64,000 nt of DNA from assembly GCA_964391975.1 (NCBI GenBank), contig CAYMNZ010000001.1:198978-262977 (forward strand), written 5' to 3'. Position numbers and translations under genes: made by a program. The notes under the pieces are model-generated. The model was not told the origin of the DNA and did not search any database. It saw only the letters and a program-made list of their open reading frames with translations. The first letter of the stretch is position 1. The number at the start of each line of letters is the position of its first letter. Source of the stretch: an uncultured Candidatus Saccharibacteria bacterium (GTDB taxonomy: Bacteria > Patescibacteriota > Minisyncoccia > Phycocordibacterales > Phycocordibacteraceae). Below, piece by piece: positions 56,803 through 64,000 of the stretch.

Positions 56803-59550
56803 ATGCCTCCGCATGTGGAAGGTCGAAAAAACCTATCCTCTCACGAAGAGGAGCTCGCGCATCTGCGCGCCCAGGTAGAAGCAAAGGAGAAACAACTTGC
56901 TGAGATGATGCAGGATGTACCACGTGGAGAAATCATCCACGAGCGCATCATCCACCACAAAGAAACCCCTGCTGAGGAGGTTTTGCACCCGAGTTATCGC
57001 ATGTCTGACCAGGAGGCCGGAGAAATTGCGCTTAACCTTGACCCGGAAAGCGACGACGAGACCATGAACGAGCTTCGCGGCATCATGGAGGAACGGGGCA
57101 TTCACAACGCACTGAGCGTTCTTTCGAAGCTCAAGAGCCCGCACCTTGAGGACGACTTCCATCGTTTTCTCGTAGCCTACATCAACGTGGGAATGCCGAT
57201 TAAGGGTCTTGCCGAGAACCAGCCAACATGGAAAGCGCTTCACATGACGCTCTATGAGATTTCACTTCCGGAACCTAACCAGGAGGAAGCGGATAAAGAT
57301 AACCTCAAGTACAAACACTTTAAAGAGATTGTCTCCAAGATGGAGCAGTTTTATGCCGGCATGATGTCGGTGGAGCAGGCGTACCATGGTGAGCCGCCGT
57401 ACTTCTCACTTGAACTCTCCGTGCCCGTCGATCGTCCGCACCTCCAGTTCTTTGCTGCAATTCCAAACGGGCGCACTAACATGTTTGAGAAGCAGATTCT
57501 CGCCATCTTCCCGAACGCGGTCATCATCCAACAGCCTAACGACTACAATATCTTTGCGCAGGATGGTACCGCGGTGGGTTCAGTTGCAAAACTTGCTGAC
57601 AAATCTGCCCTCTCTTTGAAAGATTTTGGGGAATTTGATTACGATCCAATTAACTCCATCTTGAACGCCTTCGCCAAGATTGAAAACGAAGGAGAAGGGG
57701 CTTCGCTTCAAATTATCTTCAGGCCCAGAGGAGATAAGTATGTTCGTCATTTCCGTCGCATTCTCTACAACCTCAGGCGCGGCATGCCTCGAATCCGCGC
57801 GCTTTCGCTTCCAGAGCACGTGCTTGGAGAGTTTGCGCACGACATTGAGAGCGCACTACTTGATCTAAAGGCAGACAAGGAGAATCTTACCCACAACGAG
57901 ACGACTATTAAATCAGTGGAGGCGAAGATTGCCGCTCCGGTAGTCGACGTCACCATGCGTCTGGCAGTGTCTTCGCCCGATCCTATTAAGGCCAATCAGG
58001 TGCTTGGTGAACTTGAATCCTCCTTCAACCAGTTCGAGGCGCCTCAGGGCAACCGTGTCGAATGGAAGCGCATGAAGGGCGGGGAAGAGCGCAAGTTCTT
58101 CCGCAACTTCTCTTTCCGTCTTTTCTCGCACGAGAACGCGATGCAGCTCTCACTTCGCGAGCTCACAACGATGTACCACTTCCCACCGAAGGGTATCGAT
58201 TCCTCTCCTCACCTCAAGCAGTCTCGCTTCACCGCAGCAGCGGCTCCTATCGGACTTGAATCCAAAGGCATTCACCTTGGCAGCAACAGCTTCCGTGGTG
58301 CGAAGTCGGAGATTTATATGGATGCTCAGGACAGACTTCGCCACCTCTACGTCATTGGACAGACCGGTACCGGAAAGACCGGATTCTTGCGTACGCTTAT
58401 TGAGCAGGACATCAAGAACGGTGAGGGGGTGTGCTTCATCGATCCACACGGCAACGACGTGCTTGAAGTGCTCGCTACCGTTCCGCCAGAGCGTTACAAC
58501 GACGTCATCTACTTTGACCCCGCCTACATCGACCGTCCGTATGGCCTCAACATGCTTGAGTATGACGCTTCTAAACCTGAGCAGAAGTCCTTCATCGTCA
58601 ACGAGCTTCTCATGATTTTCCGTCAGCTCTACGGCGACGTTCCAGAATCCATGGGCCCGGCTTTCGAGCAGTACTTCCGTAACGCCACCCAGCTTGTGAT
58701 GGAAGACCCAGAGTCAGGCTCCACCATGCTTGATATCTCACGCGTGCTCTCTAACTCTGAGTTCCGTTACCGCAAACTTGCGAAGAGTAACAACCTTGTG
58801 GTGAACCAGTTCTGGGAGGAGATTGCCACCAAGGCAGAAGGAGAGGCAAGTCTCCAGAATATTGTGCCGTACATCACCAACAAATTCGATGAGTTTATCG
58901 CCAACGACTTCATGCGTCCCATCATGGGTCAGCAGGAATCCTCGTTCAACTTCCGTGAAATCATGGACAACAAGAAGATTCTTCTGGTGAACCTCTCGAA
59001 GGGTCGTCTTGGTGAGCGCAACGCTAACCTTCTTGGTCTCATTATCGTCGGCAAACTCTTTATGTCCGCGCTCGGTCGTGCCGATAATCCACGTGCTGAT
59101 TTCCCACCGTTCTATCTCTACATCGACGAGTTCCAGAACATCACCACCAAGTCTATTCCAGGCATTCTTTCTGAAGCTCGTAAGTACAAGCTCTCCATGA
59201 CCATTGCGCACCAGTTCTTGAAGCAAGTGGATGAAAAGATTCGCGATGCTGTCTTCGGTAACGTTGGTTCTATGGCCATCTTCCGTGTGGGTGAAGAAGA
59301 TGGAGAGTTCTTTGCTAAGCAGTTTGCACCTGTGTTCTCTGCGCTTGATTTCGTGAACATCGAGAACCGCAATGCCTACGTGCGCCTCCTCTCTAAAGGG
59401 GTGCCGCAGAAGCCGTTTAACATCAAAACGCGGGATCTCTCTCCAGGCAATCCGAGCCAAATTGACGATCTACGCCAGCTTTCCTACCTGACCTACGGAC
59501 GCGATAGGGCCACGGTTGAAGCAACTATAAGGTCGCGATATCTTAGTTAG
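56803..59550 (+). CDS. VirD4/TraG-like (FtsK-HerA superfamily) coupling ATPase with long N-terminal extension
   Basis: RHLYVIGQTGTGKT, FIDPHG, LYIDEFQN, SEARKY, AHQ, AVFGNVGS. Confidence 0.85.
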   Translation: MPPHVEGRKNLSSHEEELAHLRAQVEAKEKQLAEMMQDVPRGEIIHERIIHHKETPAEEVLHPSYRMSDQEAGEIALNLDPESDDETMNELRGIMEERGIHNALSVLSKLKSPHLEDDFHRFLVAYINVGMPIKGLAENQPTWKALHMTLYEISLPEPNQEEADKDNLKYKHFKEIVSKMEQFYAGMMSVEQAYHGEPPYFSLELSVPVDRPHLQFFAAIPNGRTNMFEKQILAIFPNAVIIQQPNDYNIFAQDGTAVGSVAKLADKSALSLKDFGEFDYDPINSILNAFAKIENEGEGASLQIIFRPRGDKYVRHFRRILYNLRRGMPRIRALSLPEHVLGEFAHDIESALLDLKADKENLTHNETTIKSVEAKIAAPVVDVTMRLAVSSPDPIKANQVLGELESSFNQFEAPQGNRVEWKRMKGGEERKFFRNFSFRLFSHENAMQLSLRELTTMYHFPPKGIDSSPHLKQSRFTAAAAPIGLESKGIHLGSNSFRGAKSEIYMDAQDRLRHLYVIGQTGTGKTGFLRTLIEQDIKNGEGVCFIDPHGNDVLEVLATVPPERYNDVIYFDPAYIDRPYGLNMLEYDASKPEQKSFIVNELLMIFRQLYGDVPESMGPAFEQYFRNATQLVMEDPESGSTMLDISRVLSNSEFRYRKLAKSNNLVVNQFWEEIATKAEGEASLQNIVPYITNKFDEFIANDFMRPIMGQQESSFNFREIMDNKKILLVNLSKGRLGERNANLLGLIIVGKLFMSALGRADNPRADFPPFYLYIDEFQNITTKSIPGILSEARKYKLSMTIAHQFLKQVDEKIRDAVFGNVGSMAIFRVGEEDGEFFAKQFAPVFSALDFVNIENRNAYVRLLSKGVPQKPFNIKTRDLSPGNPSQIDDLRQLSYLTYGRDRATVEATIRSRYLS

Positions 59551-59552
59551 GT

Positions 59553-60896
59553 ATGAGTCCTGAAGGAGCAGGAAATCCACTAACAGCAAAACGGCAAGAA
59601 GCCCCGGTTATTCCGTTTGATAAAACAAAGGAAGGTCGCCCCATTGCGAGCGCTATTCGTCGTCATATCAATCAGGAATTCAAATCCCAGTTTAGGCGTC
59701 GTGAACAGTTGAACACGGATGAAGTAGATGCCTTCCTTGAGAGTATGCCTCAGCGGTTACGAGGCGATGCCATAGCAAAGATTGCAGCGCATGAGGATGC
59801 ATGGACTGGAGAACAGAAGCTCGCGCAGGCAAAGGACCGCTTTGATGCTGCTGAGAAAGCACTCGATCGCATGCGGAGTATTAAGCAGCAGAAGAATGAG
59901 ATTGAAAAAGCTCGGGCTATTCGCGACCCGAAAGAGCGAAGCAAGGCGCTCAAGCTTCATCGTTCAGAAATTTCGCGTCTTAAGGGCGAACGTGAAATCG
60001 CGCTTGGTGCGCTCGAACCTATTCGCGAGAAAGTGCTTAAGGTTGCTCGCGCCTATCGCGCTGCAGTGAGGCAGCTACCCAAGGTTGCAGACTCTGCTCG
60101 AGAAGTCGCCGAAGCTGAGATTGTACGCAAGAGCAAGCATCCTATTACTAATCGTCGTGACCTCACAAAACCGGCGTATCGTGCCCCGGGGGTAACGCAG
60201 GTACCACAACCGAGACTTCGCCCCGGTTTTGAAGTTGAGGCTGAGGAGCCGGGCGAGTACCGACCGCTTCCACAAGAGGTTAAGTCTCGCGAATCATCTG
60301 TTGGTGTTCCTCCGATACCTCCCTATAAACTCGACCCAAGGCGTGGTGCAGAACTACTTGCCAAAGTACCTCAGTTGGCGCCGCTTCCTAAGGAAGTCAT
60401 TGAACGCATTCTGCATCTTCATGCTAGCAGGGAAAATGCTCCCGATGCACTTGTGACAAAACAAGGTGCCCCTGAACTCACTCAAGAAGAAGACCTTGCG
60501 CTTATTCAAGAGCTTTTCTCAACAATTGTTCAGGCCATTACGAGCGATGATTCACCTGAGGAGGTCCGAGGTTACCTTACCTTGGCGCTCAAAAACTACG
60601 ACACGAAGGAAGGAAGTGTTGAGGGGTTTGTGAGCGCAATAATTTTTGCAGGACTCCAAGATAGTCGTTTCAAAGCACCGAAGAAATCTTTCTTTGAGGA
60701 TGCACCTTATCTTCAAGTCGAGAAAGCACTCGTCGATATGGTGAACGAAGGACTCACGACGCTTGATGCGGTAGGAATAGCGAAAGCTTTTCCTGGTTAC
60801 CTTGAGGGTATGGAGCGTGGTGAACGTGATAACGTCCTCCGCAGCATGCTGCGCACCTGTCGTACCCGCATCGTGGATGTCATGGGGGTGCTGTAG
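59553..60896 (+). CDS. hypothetical charged protein (coiled coil, Pro-rich linker)
   Basis: 447-aa ORF starting 2 nt after the ATPase stop. Confidence 0.7.
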   Translation: MSPEGAGNPLTAKRQEAPVIPFDKTKEGRPIASAIRRHINQEFKSQFRRREQLNTDEVDAFLESMPQRLRGDAIAKIAAHEDAWTGEQKLAQAKDRFDAAEKALDRMRSIKQQKNEIEKARAIRDPKERSKALKLHRSEISRLKGEREIALGALEPIREKVLKVARAYRAAVRQLPKVADSAREVAEAEIVRKSKHPITNRRDLTKPAYRAPGVTQVPQPRLRPGFEVEAEEPGEYRPLPQEVKSRESSVGVPPIPPYKLDPRRGAELLAKVPQLAPLPKEVIERILHLHASRENAPDALVTKQGAPELTQEEDLALIQELFSTIVQAITSDDSPEEVRGYLTLALKNYDTKEGSVEGFVSAIIFAGLQDSRFKAPKKSFFEDAPYLQVEKALVDMVNEGLTTLDAVGIAKAFPGYLEGMERGERDNVLRSMLRTCRTRIVDVMGVL

Positions 60897-61023
60897 TATT
60901 GACAAATAACAGGGAAGTACCATAATTAACTACAGTTCACGTTCATGAAGTCCCCAGGTGCGGGCGCGCATCTGGTCATTGCGAGGCTATACTGGTTACA
61001 TACTCAAATAAACCCAAGCTTTA

Positions 61024-61479
61024 ATGAAAACCCCAACCGGCATAGCGATTGCCCTTGCAGTGGCCATCGCGCTCGTGTTCCTCTTCTTCGGACCTACTAT
61101 TCTTAACCTCTTCTCATTTGAGACCACGCCTATGACCGAGACCCCTTCTGACCAGAGTGCTGTTGGCATTTCCGATTCTGTTGAAGGAGCCGGCGTCGAA
61201 GCAAAGACTGGCGACACCGTTGCTGTTAATTACGTGGGTATGCTTGAGGACGGTACCGTCTTTGACGCCTCCGCAAACCACGGTGGTCCATACTCCTTCG
61301 TACTTGGCGCAGGTACCGTCATCGCTGGCTGGGACCAGGGCATCGTCGGTATGAAGGAAGGCGGTATGCGCACGCTTATCATCCCTCCTGCGCTCGGCTA
61401 CGGTAGTACCGGTTACGGTCCGATTCCTGCAAACGCCACCATTATCTTTCAGGTGGAGCTTGTAAAGGTTGGTTCTTAA
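61024..61479 (+). CDS. FKBP-type peptidyl-prolyl isomerase, membrane-anchored
   Basis: VNYVGMLEDGTVFD, VIAGWDQG, IPPALGYG, IPANAT. Confidence 0.93.
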   Translation: MKTPTGIAIALAVAIALVFLFFGPTILNLFSFETTPMTETPSDQSAVGISDSVEGAGVEAKTGDTVAVNYVGMLEDGTVFDASANHGGPYSFVLGAGTVIAGWDQGIVGMKEGGMRTLIIPPALGYGSTGYGPIPANATIIFQVELVKVGS

Positions 61480-61497
61480 TTACTTCTCTATTCCGCT

Positions 61498-63573
61498 ATG
61501 CGAAAACTAGGACCAGAAGCAGGCAAAAGCGGGGAAGAATCCCCAAGCCAGAAGCGCCTCAAGCGTCTTAGTAAAGCATTAGAGCAGCGGGTAGACAGTA
61601 AGCTCAACAAACCGAAAGGTATTACGAGAGGTAAGCCTGTATTCGAACAGTGGAGCAAGGAACGAAGAAAGGGTGGAAGGGAGCTTACGCACGAAGATTT
61701 GCGTGACTTCATTGTTGAGTTCCAAGGGAATCTCCAAGAGAAGCTACAAGATGAAAGGTTTGAAATGCGTTCAGTTATTGAAAAGAGAGATGCGTTCCTA
61801 GAGGCCGGCAAGGTAGAACAACAGTGGGCTACGGCTGTAGACGAGCGATGGGGAAATGAATACCCGGATTGGAAGGAGAAAAGTTATGGTGTCGTTTCAA
61901 GGACTGTGGAATATCGAGAATGGCAGGAGGCGAGTGCAAAACTTGAAACGGCGCAGAGAGAATACAGTGAAGTTGCGGAGCATGGTGGGTTGAAGCCTAA
62001 TGAATTTGCACAACTTGCGGAAGAATACGAAGGCCTTACCGCACTTTCACAGGATTTCTCGTATCTTCTGGAAGGAGGGAAGAATGCTGGGAATGATGTG
62101 GACGCTCTTACTGAATGGAAGAAAACTTGGGTGGACCTCATTGACCGGGGACTCATAAGCGTTGAGGAGGCTGAGGCCATGGCACTGGCTGGACCGGCAG
62201 TAGCTCCAGAAGATGCTGGTTCTGGACTTGGAAGCGAAACCCGCGATGAAGATGCTGAGGCTACGCCCCCTCCTCCAGAAAAGGTTGAGACAGGACCTGA
62301 AGCCAGCGAAGCTGTACGTCTCATGTTAGAGCAGTTTCTTGAGAAGTTCAGCGAAGACACAACTGCCGCTCCTGAGAAGACTGAGAAAGCTTTGGAGAAA
62401 GATTGGCAGGCAGAGGTTACTAAACTTCAGGAAGGACTCGTTGGGAAACTCAGAGCTCTTCTTGCTGGTGATGCTCCCCCATCCATTGGAGAAATTAGTG
62501 ATGCAATGCGCAGCTATGAGAAGGCATCAAATGCGCTCGCTGCTGAGCTTAAGGAAGTAACGGACAACGCTCGTAGCTTCCCGCATCTTGAAGGTAAGGA
62601 AGGAGCGGAGGGTGCAGAAACACTACCGGAACCAGTGGGCCCTGAAGCCTGGGAAGCGTTCGGAGACCGCAAAGAGGAAGGAACGCCCGAAGAAAAAGAA
62701 TCTCTTCTTGAGCAGCTCAATCATCTCAAGCTTCTGCGCGCAGATCTTTTGCGTCGCCACGACCTCGTTCCGGTTGATAGTGTCTCCCGCGTTAACTTCG
62801 AAAAGAAGCTCATCCTCGCTAGTGAGATAGGCGACATTGCTCGACAAATGGCTCCTTTGAGCAAGAAGCTTAAGGAAGTGTACAAGATTGAATGGCCAAT
62901 CCAGCTTTCTGTGGCAAAAGTTGCCCTGGATAAGCTTGGCGCCATGCTTGATTTGGAAGGAATCGATCCAATTGAACTTGAGCATCACATTAACGCGATG
63001 CCGCATGAAGAGTTCGATAGACGTATTAGCTCAGCGCTCAGGAAAACTGAGGACGAAAAGGCACGTGAAGCACTTAAGGATAAGCTTGGTGTTGGTGCGG
63101 GAGGTGGGGCACCAAAGCCTGATGCCACCGAAGCTGAGACTGAAGATGAAAAAGAATCGAGGGAACGTGCAGAGGAAGTTGCTGATTTGTGGACTGGATT
63201 TTTCGTGAAGCGTCCTGAAGGTTTTCTCTTCGGGCGAAAAGGAAAAGCAGAATTTACTGAAAGTTTAGGAGTTCTTGCAAAAGAACGAAATATTAATCAA
63301 GTCTCAGGACTCCTCGCCGAAAGCATTCTTTCCCAAGGTGAACCTGCTGACGGCTCGTTTGCTCCAAAATTTAGAGAATTGAACGAAAAAATTCAAAATG
63401 AATTGCGAAAAGGTGATGGAAAGGAGAGTCGAATTAACATTCTTCGCCGAACAATCAAGAAGGTGCCAGGTATGCTTGATAAGCTCAACAAGGAAACGAA
63501 GGGCGTGGAGGGTGGTTGGATCTCTAAGAAAACCGTTGCTGCTGCCAAGAGACTTAGGGAGTACGCTTCGTAG
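61498..63573 (+). CDS. hypothetical Glu/Lys-rich helical protein
   Basis: 691-aa ORF; helical blocks separated by acidic Pro-rich linkers. Confidence 0.7.
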   Translation: MRKLGPEAGKSGEESPSQKRLKRLSKALEQRVDSKLNKPKGITRGKPVFEQWSKERRKGGRELTHEDLRDFIVEFQGNLQEKLQDERFEMRSVIEKRDAFLEAGKVEQQWATAVDERWGNEYPDWKEKSYGVVSRTVEYREWQEASAKLETAQREYSEVAEHGGLKPNEFAQLAEEYEGLTALSQDFSYLLEGGKNAGNDVDALTEWKKTWVDLIDRGLISVEEAEAMALAGPAVAPEDAGSGLGSETRDEDAEATPPPPEKVETGPEASEAVRLMLEQFLEKFSEDTTAAPEKTEKALEKDWQAEVTKLQEGLVGKLRALLAGDAPPSIGEISDAMRSYEKASNALAAELKEVTDNARSFPHLEGKEGAEGAETLPEPVGPEAWEAFGDRKEEGTPEEKESLLEQLNHLKLLRADLLRRHDLVPVDSVSRVNFEKKLILASEIGDIARQMAPLSKKLKEVYKIEWPIQLSVAKVALDKLGAMLDLEGIDPIELEHHINAMPHEEFDRRISSALRKTEDEKAREALKDKLGVGAGGGAPKPDATEAETEDEKESRERAEEVADLWTGFFVKRPEGFLFGRKGKAEFTESLGVLAKERNINQVSGLLAESILSQGEPADGSFAPKFRELNEKIQNELRKGDGKESRINILRRTIKKVPGMLDKLNKETKGVEGGWISKKTVAAAKRLREYAS

Positions 63574-63611
63574 TCCTACGAAGAGAGTGAAGGTCGTAGT
63601 ATGCTCGTATA

Positions 63612-64000
63612 ATGAGCAGTTCTCCCATTTCCTTCACCATAGACACGCGTAGAGGAAGGGCGCGTACTGCGCTACTTACTACCCCACACGGCAATATACG
63701 CACTCCTGCGTTCGTCCCCGTAGGTACCAAGGCAAATATTAAAGGCATTCTTCCCGACGCGCTTTCTGCGCTCGGGGCTCAGGTGGTGCTTGCTAATACC
63801 TATCATCTCTACCTACAGCCTGGTGAGAAGGTCGTAGAGACTGCAGGAGGACTCGGTGCATTCATGAACTGGAAGGGGCCGACCATGACAGATTCAGGAG
63901 GCTTCCAGGTGTTCTCACTCGGCGCTGCGTTTGGAAGGACTATTTCAAAGATAGCCACAGGCGAGGAGGTGGCGCATACCAATACGGTAGCCGTCTACGA
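63612..64000 (+). CDS. tgt: queuine tRNA-ribosyltransferase (partial, runs off window end)
   Basis: Manual translation: [38 protein letters not shown]. Confidence 0.94.
   Translation, partial: MSSSPISFTIDTRRGRARTALLTTPHGNIRTPAFVPVGTKANIKGILPDALSALGAQVVLANTYHLYLQPGEKVVETAGGLGAFMNWKGPTMTDSGGFQVFSLGAAFGRTISKIATGEEVAHTNTVAVY

Noticed and set aside
1-64000. CRISPR array, rRNA, IS element or alternative genetic code
   Set aside because: No regularly spaced repeats, rRNA-like stretch or transposase seen by eye; TGA ends many intact genes and tRNA-Trp has a CCA anticodon.

Overview
Dense, compact bacterial chromosome segment using the standard genetic code (TGA is used as stop). Gene content points to a Patescibacteria/CPR (Parcubacteria-like) genome: short IF-2, tandem VirB2/TrbC-like pilins, a VirD4-like ATPase without a membrane anchor, and many charged orphan proteins. 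This taxonomy is inferred, not searched. Housekeeping genes are rpsA (partial), gyrA, rbfA, infB, clpB, rpmG, miaA, parB, relA/spoT, topA, dprA, serS, dus, dnaX and tgt (partial). Seven tRNAs are present: Leu x3, Lys, Cys, Trp and Gln. The main signals are: (1) a six-gene array of pilin paralogues with variable Cys-rich add-on domains, plus a seventh pilin fused to an M15/LAS-type Zn-peptidase-like domain, suggesting a modular 'armed pilus' that may work with the VirD4-like ATPase; (2) a complete de novo UMP pathway (carAB, pyrC, pyrD, pyrE, pyrF, pyrB), unusual if this is a CPR organism, with CAD-like enzymes and an apparent PyrR-independent attenuator in front of carA; (3) pervasive extended -10 promoters 5-8 nt from the ATG (leaderless genes), contrasting with a structured ~100-nt rpsA leader; (4) a tRNA-flanked 706-aa orphan with amidoligase-like motifs, and a pair of orphan paralogues flanking an HTH gene. 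No CRISPR array, rRNA, transposase or integrase was seen. All assignments come from motif reading; no database searches were run.
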